This document shows, one piece after another, positions 46,756 through 57,365 of a DNA stretch of 64,000 bases. The stretch's first letter is position 1; each line of letters begins with the position of its first letter. This DNA is from Flavobacteriales bacterium (lineage in GTDB: Bacteria; Bacteroidota; Bacteroidia; Palsa-965). Where the stretch lies: assembly GCA_040377305.1 (NCBI GenBank), contig JBEIPA010000006.1:128001-192000 (forward strand). Direction: 5' to 3'. Under the pieces are notes generated by a model, which made no database searches, was not told where the DNA came from, and was given only the letters and a program-made list of their open reading frames with translations. Position numbers and translations under genes: made by a program.

Positions 46756-47979
46756 ATGCCCCGCTGTATACTCACTCTAATCGGAATGCTCACGTTCGCG
46801 CAACTATTTGCCGGCGGATTCCAGATTAATGCGCAAGGACAACGTCAGCTCGGAATGGGTCACACCGGAACCGGACTATTGCACAACGATGCAACGTACT
46901 TATTCTTCAATCCGGGTGCAGGAATTTACATCGATCGTCGTGTTTCCATAACAGCAGGAGTTTCGTTCCTGAAACCACGCGTAGTTTATCTCGAACCTGC
47001 GCCGGGACAATACACTGCTGAAATGGTGCACAACACCGGAACTCCTTTTGAATTTTACGCTTCGTATCGTACCGGGAATTTTGCATTCGGTGTTGCTGCG
47101 TATACTCCGTTCGGAAGTCGCGCACAGTGGCCCGATGAATGGAAAGGTCAGTTTATGATTCGTGAAATCAATCTGAAAACCATTTGCATTCAGCCAACGG
47201 TTACTTATAAACTCGGTGATTACATTGGCATCGGTGCCGGATTTATTTACGCTACCGGTGGATTCACTTTGCGCAAAGGTGTTCCAACACAAAATCAGAA
47301 TGAAGAAAACGGAGAAGGAACGCTCGATGGTTCTGCGAGTGGCGTTGGTTACAACGTTGGAATTTACTTCCGCGCGAATGAAGTATTCAGCGCCGGAATA
47401 AGTTATCGCTCGAGTATCAATGTGACGGTTGAGGAAGGAGCTGCAGACTTCAGAGTTCCATCTTCACTTGCAGAATATTTTCCGTCGACCACTTTCAACA
47501 CGGCGATAAAGCTACCTGCAGTATTGAACGCCGGAGTTGGAATCAGCACCGGCAAGTGGAAATTTGCAGGTGACTTCAACTACGTTGCGTGGTCGAGCTA
47601 CGATTCACTTCGGATTGATTTTGCAGACAACACAGATAAGCTGAAAGACATTTCATCTGCACGCATGTATGAGAATTCATGGATTGCACGGGTTGGTGTG
47701 CAGTATCAGCCGGTTTCGCGTTTCTATTTTCGCTTGGGTGCATACTACGATAAATCGCCCGTGCAGGACGGATATCTTACACCTGAAACTCCGGATGCAG
47801 ATCGCATTGGAATCACAGCCGGAACAACTGTAGTACTTGGCGACAATCTTAATCTCGACTTATCATTTTTGTTTATAGAAGGAATGAAACGCACCGACAC
47901 AAATCTTGAAACAGAATTCTCCGGAACGTACAAATCGCGATTGCTCGCGCCCGGTTTCGGAATCACTTATCAGTTTTAA
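46756..47979 (+). CDS. fadL: FadL/OmpP1 family outer-membrane long-chain fatty acid transporter
   Basis: GGFQINAQG...GMG, FFNPGA, YTPFG, TPETPD, C-terminal YQF. TATCTTTG at 46745-46752 supports the ATG at 46756. Confidence 0.88.
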   Translation: MPRCILTLIGMLTFAQLFAGGFQINAQGQRQLGMGHTGTGLLHNDATYLFFNPGAGIYIDRRVSITAGVSFLKPRVVYLEPAPGQYTAEMVHNTGTPFEFYASYRTGNFAFGVAAYTPFGSRAQWPDEWKGQFMIREINLKTICIQPTVTYKLGDYIGIGAGFIYATGGFTLRKGVPTQNQNEENGEGTLDGSASGVGYNVGIYFRANEVFSAGISYRSSINVTVEEGAADFRVPSSLAEYFPSTTFNTAIKLPAVLNAGVGISTGKWKFAGDFNYVAWSSYDSLRIDFADNTDKLKDISSARMYENSWIARVGVQYQPVSRFYFRLGAYYDKSPVQDGYLTPETPDADRIGITAGTTVVLGDNLNLDLSFLFIEGMKRTDTNLETEFSGTYKSRLLAPGFGITYQF

Positions 47980-48051
47980 ACAGTAAGCACACGACCCACA
48001 TGAAGAAATCGCTCTGCGATTCATGAATACAAAAATTGAAAACAAAATCCT

Positions 48052-49320
48052 ATGAATAAACTTTTTACTCTCGCAGCGCTGCTTGGAATTTTCGTAGCAG
48101 AAACCGCTTCAGCACAATGCACTGGTTTGCGTTATCGCGACATCATGTTCGACGACACAACTATTTCGAACATCGCTTACGGATCGAACGTAACGCTTTC
48201 TAATGCCGCGACAACCTTGCGACTGGATGTGTGGATGCCGAAGAACGATACAGTTACCAATCGTCCGTTGATCATTATCGCACATGGTGGAAATTTCCTT
48301 GGCGGATCGAAAACCGGTGGTGATGTTCTTCAGTTCTGTAACGACTTTGCAGACATGGGTTACGTTGTTGCGTCAATCGACTATCGCGTAGGCATGACCA
48401 ACTTTCCTTTCCCTGGTCCCGATAGCACAGATGCAACAGAAGCGGTTATCCGCGCAGTACACGATGCAAAAGCTGCCGTGCGTTTCTTCAAGAAAGATTA
48501 CGCAACCATGGGTAACACGTATGGCATCGACACGTCGAACATTTTCTTCGCGGGTGTTTCTGCTGGAGGATTCATGGCCTTGCAGGTTGCTTACCTCGAT
48601 GAAGAAAATGAATTTCCATCATGGGCCGATTCAACAAATCAGTACGGTTTGCACGGAGGCATTGATGGCCTGAGCGGAAACCCGGGTTACTCTTCACAAA
48701 TTCGTGGTGTAATCAATATTGCAGGTGCGCTTGGAGATACTGCCTACATCCATCCCGGAGATGAGCCTTGCATCAACTTCCACGGCGATGCAGATCAAAC
48801 TGTTCCTTATGGTTCTGATATGATCTTTCTGGTTGGAGTTTATCCGCTTCTGCAAGTCGACGGATCTTATTCAATCGACGCGCGTCTCGATCAGTGTGGA
48901 ATCACCAACTGTTTCGAAACATACGAAGGACAAGATCACGTTCCTCACGTTGGAAGTGCATTGTACTACGACACTACGCTTACACTCACGCGTAACTTCC
49001 TCGTGCATTTCCTTTGCGGAGATCCGCTCGACTGCAGCTATTCCAATCCAATTGGCGTGAATGAAATGCCAACGATTTCTTCTGTGCTGCAAGTTTATCC
49101 GAATCCTGCCGATGAGAATCTGAATGTGAATACGACGCGTTTGGTTGGAACTGATTACGTTGTAGAAATGTACAACGCACAAGGAGCACTTGTGAACACG
49201 CAGGCGGCTGATGTGGATGGAACTACAACCATTAACACAGAAAATCTCGCGCCAGGAATTTATATCATGAACGTTACCAACGGCGCGCAACTCTGGACAC
49301 AAAAAGTGTTGATCAAGTAA
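48052..49320 (+). CDS. T9SS-secreted carboxylesterase/lipase
   Basis: HGGNF, GVSAGG, HGDAD.TVP, GQDHVP; C-terminal VYPNP..GIYIM sorting domain. Confidence 0.9.
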   Translation: MNKLFTLAALLGIFVAETASAQCTGLRYRDIMFDDTTISNIAYGSNVTLSNAATTLRLDVWMPKNDTVTNRPLIIIAHGGNFLGGSKTGGDVLQFCNDFADMGYVVASIDYRVGMTNFPFPGPDSTDATEAVIRAVHDAKAAVRFFKKDYATMGNTYGIDTSNIFFAGVSAGGFMALQVAYLDEENEFPSWADSTNQYGLHGGIDGLSGNPGYSSQIRGVINIAGALGDTAYIHPGDEPCINFHGDADQTVPYGSDMIFLVGVYPLLQVDGSYSIDARLDQCGITNCFETYEGQDHVPHVGSALYYDTTLTLTRNFLVHFLCGDPLDCSYSNPIGVNEMPTISSVLQVYPNPADENLNVNTTRLVGTDYVVEMYNAQGALVNTQAADVDGTTTINTENLAPGIYIMNVTNGAQLWTQKVLIK

Positions 49321-49321
49321 A

Positions 49322-50686
49322 ATGAAATTTCGTCCGCACATAATTTTCGGAATTACAGCTTCTGCTTTTGCAGTCTTCAGTGTTATTGAAGGCTGCACAC
49401 CCGAACTTTCCAATCCCAAGCCTCAACCCGGCACTGCCAACTTCAAAAGAGTGGTTGCTATTGGTGGAGATTTCATCGCAGGCTATCAGGACGGTGCGTT
49501 GTTCGCAGATGGTCAGGAGAAAAGCATTCCAGCTTTGATGGCACGCCAGTTTGAGTTTGTAGGTGGAGGAGCATTCAACCAGAATTTAATGGCAAACGGC
49601 GCACAAGGTTACGGATGGAACAGCAAGCCCTGGGAAAGTTTGTTTGTGGGCGCATCTCATCTCGGTTATCGCGTGGATTGTGAAGGTGTTGAATCTCTCG
49701 GGCCGGTGAAAGATTCATTGCCTTGGAACATCGCGGTCATGTGTGTGAACCACAATTTTGTACCAAATAATAATTGGGGGGTTCCCTACGCAAAAACAGC
49801 CGACTTGTTGAATCCACTTATCGGTCAGTCTCCTAATGGCTATCCTAATTCGTTCTATTACCGCATGTGCTCCAGTCCAGGTTCTTCGACTGTGACGAGT
49901 GATGCAGCAGCTGTAAATCCAACATTCTTCACCGCGTGGATTGGCATGGAAGACATCTTCGAATATGCGCGTTGTGGTGGAGAAGGAACGACGATTGCTT
50001 CTTCCGCGCAGTTCTCGCTTCACCTGGATTCAATTCTTGGTGCACTCACTGCGAACGGAGCAAAAGGTGTGATTGCAAACATTCCGGATTTTCGTGAGTT
50101 TCCATATTACACACTCGTACCCTGGAATGGTGCAGAGCTATCGGCATCGACCGCAGATTCGCTGACTGATTATTATTCTCTCACGCTTCCGCACATTCAA
50201 TTTCACGAAGGCAATAACGGATTCATGATGGCCGATGTGAATCACCCAACCGGCTATCGTCAGATCCGTCGCAATGAGTACATCACGTTAAGTGTTCCGC
50301 TTGATTCTATGAAATGTGAATACATGGGAATTCTCTTCGAAGTGTTGCCCGATCGTTATGTACTCGACAGCACGGAAGTTTCTTTCATTGATCAGATGGT
50401 GGCCGAATATAATTCAGTGATTGCCATCAAAGCCGCACAATACGGATTGGCGCATGTGGACATGAAAAATTATTTCCGCTCAGTGAATGCCGGCATCAAA
50501 TGGGACGGTGTTGATTTCAACGAAACGTTTGTGAGTGGCGGATTTTACTCGCTGGATGGTTATCACCCGAATCAAAAAGGATATGCCCTGATTGCGAATG
50601 AATTTATTTATGCGATCAATGCGAAGTACAGCGCAACAATTCCGCCGTTGAATTGTTTTGATTGTAACGGAATATTGTTTCCGTAA
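49322..50686 (+). CDS. SGNH/GDSL-like lipoprotein with an atypical active site
   Basis: IEGC lipobox, AIGGDFIAGYQDGAL, NPTFFTAWIGMED, GGFYSLDGYHPNQKGYALIAN. Confidence 0.8.
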   Translation: MKFRPHIIFGITASAFAVFSVIEGCTPELSNPKPQPGTANFKRVVAIGGDFIAGYQDGALFADGQEKSIPALMARQFEFVGGGAFNQNLMANGAQGYGWNSKPWESLFVGASHLGYRVDCEGVESLGPVKDSLPWNIAVMCVNHNFVPNNNWGVPYAKTADLLNPLIGQSPNGYPNSFYYRMCSSPGSSTVTSDAAAVNPTFFTAWIGMEDIFEYARCGGEGTTIASSAQFSLHLDSILGALTANGAKGVIANIPDFREFPYYTLVPWNGAELSASTADSLTDYYSLTLPHIQFHEGNNGFMMADVNHPTGYRQIRRNEYITLSVPLDSMKCEYMGILFEVLPDRYVLDSTEVSFIDQMVAEYNSVIAIKAAQYGLAHVDMKNYFRSVNAGIKWDGVDFNETFVSGGFYSLDGYHPNQKGYALIANEFIYAINAKYSATIPPLNCFDCNGILFP

Positions 50687-50698
50687 CACCATCCTGCC

Positions 50699-51145
50699 TT
50701 GGCACAAATAATCATTTTCTCTCTGATCTCCCTGGTTTGTCTAGGGATGAGCGGCTACTTCGGCTACATCCTCTGGAAATCAATCGCGTGTTTCTGGTGG
50801 CCGCATACGATGGGAAGAATACTTGGAAATGGTCTGAAACAAACCGGTCGGGCGCATGGAGTTCCTATTTACGGAACAAGAATCAGCTATGCGTATGCTG
50901 TTGCTGGTGAAGAGATGATTGGAAGAAAAGTTGATTTTGTGCAGTATGACAACGCGAATGTGGTCAAGCTATTTACTTCGGGGAAATATTACGAGTTGCA
51001 ACAAGTGAAAGTGTATTACAATCCGAAAAAACCATCAGAAGCTGTTTTAGAAAGAGGACCGAAGTTAAAATACATCTGGCCGTTTTTCTGTGGATTGTTA
51101 TTTCCGGTTGTGGCGGTGTGCGCTTTTATTTACGGGCGCGATTAG
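50699..51145 (+). CDS. DUF3592 membrane protein
   Basis: TM, WPHTMGRI, YAYAVAG, VKVYYNPKKPSEAVL, TM. Confidence 0.8.
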   Translation: MAQIIIFSLISLVCLGMSGYFGYILWKSIACFWWPHTMGRILGNGLKQTGRAHGVPIYGTRISYAYAVAGEEMIGRKVDFVQYDNANVVKLFTSGKYYELQQVKVYYNPKKPSEAVLERGPKLKYIWPFFCGLLFPVVAVCAFIYGRD

Positions 51146-51167
51146 CGATAGACCTACAACCCTGTGA

Positions 51168-51692
51168 TTACTTCAACGCCTTCGAAAGATTGCTGAAGTA
51201 CACAGTGTCACCTTCCGGTCCAACATAAAATTCCGGAGTAACGCCGTTACGATCGTAAACATGATCGATCATGCAATTCGCACCAAAGCCACAGTTGCGC
51301 TCTGAGTTTTCAATCTGCACAAAATCTTTTCGGAAGTAGAATTTGATTTTGCAGGCTTCCACTTCATCGGGAACTTCGTTAAAGTAAATTCCAGTGTCGC
51401 CAACAATTGTTCCGCGACCAGCAAGCAATGCCATGTTGTACGACGGTGCGCCTCGATTGAAGTCGATGTGAAACAAAAATGTAGAATCAGTTTCGGGATA
51501 AACAAAAAGTGTTCCTACTGCCTCGACTTCCGGATTGCTTCCGAAAGAATACACACCGCCCATTGGAGAATCGAAAACCGTGGATTGAACGTTTGCGCTG
51601 TCCGAGTTTGCAGAGTCGCTGTTTGAGTTCGTGTTATCGCTGGAACAGGCAACGAAGAATATTGCGAATAATATTGGGCAGATGTATTTCAT
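51168..51692 (-). CDS. Hypothetical lipoprotein
   Basis: MKYICP...FVAC lipobox and Ser/Asn linker. Confidence 0.7.
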   Translation of the reverse strand: MKYICPILFAIFFVACSSDNTNSNSDSANSDSANVQSTVFDSPMGGVYSFGSNPEVEAVGTLFVYPETDSTFLFHIDFNRGAPSYNMALLAGRGTIVGDTGIYFNEVPDEVEACKIKFYFRKDFVQIENSERNCGFGANCMIDHVYDRNGVTPEFYVGPEGDTVYFSNLSKALK

Positions 51693-51854
51693 GAAAATGG
51701 ACTTACGTTTCAATTCTCGCGTCGCCTTGCCATCCCTCGGTACGCCCAAGTATTTGGGCAAGTCGCTCCGCGTTTCATTCAGGCTACTCTGACTGACAAT
51801 TAGTTGCTACCACAAAAGTCCTTTAGCACATTAGCAGACTAACCCATTAGCACA

Positions 51855-53984
51855 TTACTTCACCGTGCTTCCGTTATTCTGATTATTCTTCGTCGGCGCT
51901 ACAAAACTCAATTCTCCTTTATCGTTTTCCGACATGAGAATCATTCCGTTCGACTCAATGCCCATCATTTTGCGCGGTGCGAGATTGCACAGAATAGTTA
52001 CCTGCTGACCAACGATGTCTTCCGGTTTGTACCACTTCGCAATTCCACTCAACACGGTGCGTTTGTCGATGCCGGTATCGATTTCGAGTTTCAGCAACTT
52101 GTCGCTCTTCGCCATTTTCTCAGCGGAGAGAATTGTGCCGATGCGAATATCCATCTTCGCGAAATCGTCGAACGACGTAGTTTCTTTCTGCGGTTCGAGC
52201 GGATTGGTTGGCTGCGAATTGTCAGACCGAGCGGAGTCGAGGGCGGACTGCGCTTTCTCTGCTTCTTCCTGTTCCTTGCGAATTGTCGCCAGCTTGTCGA
52301 GCTGCTTCTTCATCAGCTCAGGATCAACTTTCGCAAACAACATCACCGGTTCTTTCAGCTGGTGTCCCGACTGCAAATGATTTGTGCTCTTCGCACTGTT
52401 CCATCCAAGCTGACCGATGTTCAGCATGCCGCGCAATTTCTCCGAAGTAAACGGAAGAAAGGGCTGACAAAGAATGCTGAGGTTCGCGCAGATCTGCAAC
52501 GAAACATTCAGAATCGTTTTCACGCGTTCCGGATCAGGATTCTTCCACGGCTCGTTATCGGATAAATATTTATTTCCAACGCGGGCGAGATTCATCATCT
52601 CCATCTGTCCTTCGCGGAATTTGTATTGTGCAATTGCATGGCCAATGCGCTCCGGATATTTTGTAATCTCCTCGAGCACGAGCAAATCTTCCTTTGTGTA
52701 TTGTGTTGCTTCCGGAACTTTGCCGGCGAAATTTTTGTGCGTCAACACCATTGTGCGGTGAACGAAATTGCTGAACACAGCAGTAAGCTCGTTGTTCACA
52801 CGTGCTTCGTAATCGCCCCAAAGAAAATCACCATCGCTGGTTTCGGGAGAAATTGCGGTCAGTACATAACGCAATTCATCCTGCTTGCCCGGCATCTCCT
52901 GCAGATATTCGTGCAACCAGATTGCCCAGTTACGCGAAGTAGAAATTTTTCGGCTCTCGAGATTCAGGAATTCATTCGCAGGAACATTGTCCGGCAAAAT
53001 ATATCCGCCGTGAGCCATGAGCATCGCAGGGAAAATCAAACAATGGAAAACGATATTATCTTTCCCAATGAAGTGAACGAGTTTCGTTTCCTTGTCTTTC
53101 CAATACACTTCCCAGTTGTCGCTTTTCGGTTTTCCGCCGTACGACAATGCGTTGCGTGTTTCCGGTTGCTCGAACCATTCTTTACTTGCAGTGATGTAAC
53201 CAATGGGCGCATCGAACCACACGTAAAGAACCTTTCCTTCAGCATCTTTCAACGGAACTTTCACGCCCCAGTTGAGATCACGCGTCATGGCACGTGGATG
53301 CAATCCGTTTACCAACCAGGATTTACACTGACCGGCAACATTCGCTTTCCACTCGGGATGCGATGAAATATATTTTTCAAGATCGCCCTGCATCTCATCG
53401 AGTGGCAGGAACCAATTCTTCGTAGGCTTTTTCACCGGCGCTGTTCCCGACAAAGCAGAAACAGGATTGATCAGTTCATCCGGAGATAAATCTGATCCGC
53501 AATTCTCGCACTGGTCTCCGTACGCTTTCGGATTCTGACATCGCGGACACGTTCCAACGATGAAACGATCGACGAGAAACATTTTTGCCTGCTCATCGAA
53601 ATTCTGTTCAGTCGTTTTCTCACGGAAATAGTTCTTGTCGTGAAGCGTCGTGAAAAAATCAGAAGAAAATTTATGGTGAACCGGTTTGCTTGTGCGTGAA
53701 TAAATATCAAACTCGATTCCAAAATCTTTGAAAGACTGGTCGATGACTTTGTAATATTTGTCCACCACTTCCTGCGGAGATTTTTTCTCCATGAATCCGC
53801 GGATCATAATCGGAACACCATGTTCATCGGTTCCGCTTACAAACAACACATCTTCTCCGGTTGAGCGGAGATAGCGCACGTAAATATCTGATGGTAGGTA
53901 ACAGCCTGCGAGGTGACCAACGTGGATTGGGCCATTCGCGTAAATGAGGGCTGCTGTGACGGTATATCGCTTAGGATTATTCAT
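51855..53984 (-). CDS. metG: Methionine--tRNA ligase
   Basis: YANGPIHVGH, GTDEHG, Zn knuckle, YVWFDA, GKDN, KISTS, C-terminal tRNA-binding domain. Confidence 0.97.
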   Translation of the reverse strand: MNNPKRYTVTAALIYANGPIHVGHLAGCYLPSDIYVRYLRSTGEDVLFVSGTDEHGVPIMIRGFMEKKSPQEVVDKYYKVIDQSFKDFGIEFDIYSRTSKPVHHKFSSDFFTTLHDKNYFREKTTEQNFDEQAKMFLVDRFIVGTCPRCQNPKAYGDQCENCGSDLSPDELINPVSALSGTAPVKKPTKNWFLPLDEMQGDLEKYISSHPEWKANVAGQCKSWLVNGLHPRAMTRDLNWGVKVPLKDAEGKVLYVWFDAPIGYITASKEWFEQPETRNALSYGGKPKSDNWEVYWKDKETKLVHFIGKDNIVFHCLIFPAMLMAHGGYILPDNVPANEFLNLESRKISTSRNWAIWLHEYLQEMPGKQDELRYVLTAISPETSDGDFLWGDYEARVNNELTAVFSNFVHRTMVLTHKNFAGKVPEATQYTKEDLLVLEEITKYPERIGHAIAQYKFREGQMEMMNLARVGNKYLSDNEPWKNPDPERVKTILNVSLQICANLSILCQPFLPFTSEKLRGMLNIGQLGWNSAKSTNHLQSGHQLKEPVMLFAKVDPELMKKQLDKLATIRKEQEEAEKAQSALDSARSDNSQPTNPLEPQKETTSFDDFAKMDIRIGTILSAEKMAKSDKLLKLEIDTGIDKRTVLSGIAKWYKPEDIVGQQVTILCNLAPRKMMGIESNGMILMSENDKGELSFVAPTKNNQNNGSTVK

Positions 53985-54011
53985 AAAATTCAGAGAGCGA
54001 AGATACGGAAA

Positions 54012-54109
54012 TGGGTATTAGGGGATTAGGGTATTGGGGTAATCGGGTTAAACTTAGATTGCCTAAGTCCCCTATTTCCCCAATCCCTTAATTCCCATTC
54101 CTATCTTTG
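54012..54109. repeat. Opposed G-rich/C-rich octamer arrays ending in a -7 promoter element
   Basis: GGGTATTA/GGGGATTA units, then CCCCTATT/CCCCAATC units; TATCTTTG at 54102-54109. Confidence 0.65.
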
Positions 54110-54114
54110 CTTCC

Positions 54115-55020
54115 ATGACCGCACGTAAACCAGAGCCACTTAAAGCCGGAGACTCCATCGGCATTTGTTCACCCGCACGTAAAATTCCTGCTGAGGATAT
54201 TGAATCGGCTGTAACCATGATTGAAGAGCAAGGATATTTTCCTGTCCTGGGAAAGAACATGTTCAACGAGCATCACCAATTTTCGGGAACAGATGATGAA
54301 CGTGCGGAAGATCTTCAGGTGTTTCTGGATGATCCGAATATCAAAGCCGTGTTGTTTGCACGAGGCGGATACGGAACGATGCGCATCATTGACAAACTCG
54401 ACTGGACAGAATTCGACAAGAATCCGAAATGGCTGATTGGCTATAGCGATATAACGGTGTTGCACAATCACGTTCACACGAAACTGAATGTGGAAACGCT
54501 TCACGCCACCATGCCGATCAACTTTGGAAAAGATTTACATTCTACAGAATCACTTTTCAAAGTGGCGACCGGTCACGCGATGATTCACGAAGCGCCGAAC
54601 GAAGGTTCTGTTCCGAATCGTGCAGGAATAGTAACCGCGCCTATTATCGGAGGAAATCTCTCTTTGATTTTCGCGTTGCAAGGATCTGTTTCTGATCTCG
54701 ACACCAAGGGGAAAATCCTCTTCATAGAAGATATTGATGAATATCTATATCATATAGACAGAATGATTCTGGGTCTGAAACGTGCCGGAAAACTTTCACA
54801 GCTGGCGGGGCTTGTTGTCGGCGGAATGACCGACATGAAAGACAACGCGGTTCCGTTCGGACAAACGGCAGAAGAGATTATTGAATCACACGTCGCTGAA
54901 TATGATTTCCCGGTGTGCTACAATTTCCCGGCAGGACATGATTACAGGAATTATGCGCTGCCATTGGGAAGAACTGTGCATTTGCACGTTGAGCAATCAT
55001 CGGCTAAAATTGAATTTTAA
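54115..55020 (+). CDS. ldcA: LD-carboxypeptidase, peptidase S66
   Basis: ARGGYG, IGYSDIT, GGNLSL, LFIEDIDE, PAGH. Confidence 0.9.
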   Translation: MTARKPEPLKAGDSIGICSPARKIPAEDIESAVTMIEEQGYFPVLGKNMFNEHHQFSGTDDERAEDLQVFLDDPNIKAVLFARGGYGTMRIIDKLDWTEFDKNPKWLIGYSDITVLHNHVHTKLNVETLHATMPINFGKDLHSTESLFKVATGHAMIHEAPNEGSVPNRAGIVTAPIIGGNLSLIFALQGSVSDLDTKGKILFIEDIDEYLYHIDRMILGLKRAGKLSQLAGLVVGGMTDMKDNAVPFGQTAEEIIESHVAEYDFPVCYNFPAGHDYRNYALPLGRTVHLHVEQSSAKIEF

Positions 55021-55170
55021 GAATCAAGTTTGCTCGTTCCCGGTTCCCGGTTCCCGGTAGTGCCATACTTAATTTGTTGATTTCCACATTCTACTAACGG
55101 GGAACCGGAAACAAGGGAACTTAAACGTTTGTAAACGGCTATTTCCCAGCCACTTGTCTACCTTTGTTCC

Positions 55171-55536
55171 ATGATGAACGAGAAGCAAGCACTCGGCAAA
55201 TGGGGTGAATTGGAGGCGATCCGTCTGCTGAAAGAGAACGGACTCGAAGTAATTGAAGCGAACTGGACCTTCCTGCATTTGGAAATTGACATTGTTGCGA
55301 AAGATGGCGACACACTCGTTGTTGTTGAAGTGAAAACACGATCAACCGATGCATACGGCGAACCCGAAATGTTTGTCTCGAGAGCGAAACAGAAGAAATT
55401 GATTCGTGCGGCGAATTGGTATTTGCAGAACAAAAAGCTGAACAATGAAGTGAGGTTTGATGTGATTGGAATTGTTAGATCTGGCGATCAAGTGATTTCC
55501 AAATATGTACAATGTGCATTTAGTGCGATTGGATAA
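55171..55536 (+). CDS. yraN: YraN family putative nuclease
   Basis: GKWGE, EIDIVA, VEVKTR, RFDVI; TACCTTTG promoter element at 55159-55166. Confidence 0.92.
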   Translation: MMNEKQALGKWGELEAIRLLKENGLEVIEANWTFLHLEIDIVAKDGDTLVVVEVKTRSTDAYGEPEMFVSRAKQKKLIRAANWYLQNKKLNNEVRFDVIGIVRSGDQVISKYVQCAFSAIG

Positions 55537-55634
55537 TTGCGTTGATTTACTCCGAATTCGTGCAAGCAAACCCTACTGAGTTCATGCAATCGTACCTGTA
55601 ATACCACTATATTTAGTACAGGCAAAACCCCAGC

Positions 55635-57245
55635 ATGAAATCAGCACTACTCACCAGTATTTTTGTAATTACAGGTCTTTCTCTGTTCTCGCAATCGACA
55701 TTTTACCGGAATATTTTCGGCGACCGCTATCCAAGCGCAAACAATCAAGCACCGCAGTTTACTGCACTGGACACCCTTTCTGACGGAGGCTATATTCTTT
55801 CAGCAAGCATTGGTCCTGGTGCACAGTTCTGCACATACATGCGTCTGGACAGTTCGTTCAATACGCTCTGGACCAAGTCGTATGCAACAACGCCCTCAGC
55901 AGCATTATATAATGCAGCCGAACTGGACGATCACGGTCATGTCGGAATATTTATTGATTCAGTTCAAACATACTTTCTGAAGACCAACGCCAACGGGAAT
56001 GTGGCCTTCTGCAAGTACTATACGCTCGGGCCCAATGGCGTAGTAAGTACTGGTTGTGTAAAAAGATCAGCTGAAGCAGATTCCGGTTTTGTTTCCGTAC
56101 TCGGAGAGTGTGCTATGGCATACGGCATTGCGAAATTTGATAAGTACGGAGAAACAGAATGGGTGTCGAATTACACTTCACCACTCGGATTTCTGGGATC
56201 GAATGTATATGATCTTCATCCTGCATTCGGTGGAGGATATATTTCAACCGGTCAGCTTCTGAATTCAAGTGATCTACAAAGCAGTGCCATTATTATTCAT
56301 TCCGGAAATCAAGGTCAGGTTATTTCAAGTCGGCGTATTCAGTTCGATTCAGCTGCAGGTATCCATACACGCATAACTGAGTTTACCTGGTCACCATCTG
56401 AGCAGTGTTATTACGCTACTGCCGGAACGTTTTACGGCGTTCCGTATGTGAACCACAAGTATTTCTACCTGCTTAAACTTGACACCGGACTGAATGTTAT
56501 GAATGCGTGGCGTATTAATGCTCCGAATGCATCTACAGAAATGCTCATACAGAACATGATCGTTGCTGCTGACAGTGGCGTTGTGATCAATGGCGTGATG
56601 CAGGATTCAACAAACGGCCTGTACAAATTTTTTATGATCAAATTTGATCCTGCAACCGGAGTGATCGAATGGAGCAAATCAATCCGAGGTATCACGAGTC
56701 CGCAGTGGTACTTTGCCTCCAGTGCCATCAAAGGCATCGGTTTGTTCGGACCCAATAACGACATTCTATTCGGCGCAACGGTAAACAATGACGGCTGTGG
56801 TCTTGCATCTATTCATTCGGATGGAACGGGACTTTGCGTTGCAATTGACACGCTGATCACCAGTTCTTCTGCTTCCAACTGGATTTGCAGAAACACCACA
56901 ATCAATAATGCGCCTACTTCGTTCATCTCCTACACGCGTAGTCTTGCCATTCTGGACGAAACGTTCAACGACAGTTTATTCTGCGGAACATGGACTTCAG
57001 TGCCTGAGCCGGAAAAATCTGAGCCCACCTTATTCACAGCTAGTTCATCGTGGGGAATTACAACGCTATATTCAGCCAGCCCAGAACAGCTGACGATCGA
57101 GGTTTTCAGCAATACCGGTCAACTGATCCTGAAAGAAGCACTTTCGCCATATTCCGTCACTTCCTTCTCAATGCAAAGTGAAGGGATGTACATAATCCGT
57201 GCAAGCAATCAGGTAAATTCCCAGACAATGAAGCTCATCAGGTAA
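55635..57245 (+). CDS. Exported protein with probable T9SS C-terminal domain, beta-propeller-like
   Basis: Signal peptide, repeated K.D..G...W units, C-terminal NTGQLI...GMYIIR...KLIR. Confidence 0.75.
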   Translation: MKSALLTSIFVITGLSLFSQSTFYRNIFGDRYPSANNQAPQFTALDTLSDGGYILSASIGPGAQFCTYMRLDSSFNTLWTKSYATTPSAALYNAAELDDHGHVGIFIDSVQTYFLKTNANGNVAFCKYYTLGPNGVVSTGCVKRSAEADSGFVSVLGECAMAYGIAKFDKYGETEWVSNYTSPLGFLGSNVYDLHPAFGGGYISTGQLLNSSDLQSSAIIIHSGNQGQVISSRRIQFDSAAGIHTRITEFTWSPSEQCYYATAGTFYGVPYVNHKYFYLLKLDTGLNVMNAWRINAPNASTEMLIQNMIVAADSGVVINGVMQDSTNGLYKFFMIKFDPATGVIEWSKSIRGITSPQWYFASSAIKGIGLFGPNNDILFGATVNNDGCGLASIHSDGTGLCVAIDTLITSSSASNWICRNTTINNAPTSFISYTRSLAILDETFNDSLFCGTWTSVPEPEKSEPTLFTASSSWGITTLYSASPEQLTIEVFSNTGQLILKEALSPYSVTSFSMQSEGMYIIRASNQVNSQTMKLIR

Positions 57246-57337
57246 GAGATCTAACTGTCAATATCATTGATTTCTGATCTGTTCCCGGAGTATCGAATTG
57301 TAAGAAGCAACGTCAGTGGACGCCGGCTGTTATTCCG

Positions 57338-57345
57338 TACCTTTG
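57338..57345 (+). promoter_or_regulatory. Bacteroidota -7 promoter element
   Basis: TACCTTTG about 20 nt upstream of the 57366 ATG. Confidence 0.6.
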
Positions 57346-57365
57346 CGGCTTAATTAACAAAGCAA

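Noticed and set aside
51700-51790. GC-rich intergenic segment with a GCCCAAGTATTTGGGC hairpin downstream of metG
   Set aside because: May be another dispersed repeat, but it is single-copy in this window and cannot be supported further.
52626-53366. Long antisense ORFs within metG and other genes (also 11498-12214, 25505-26149)
   Set aside because: Shadow frames of well-supported CDSs with no recognisable domains.
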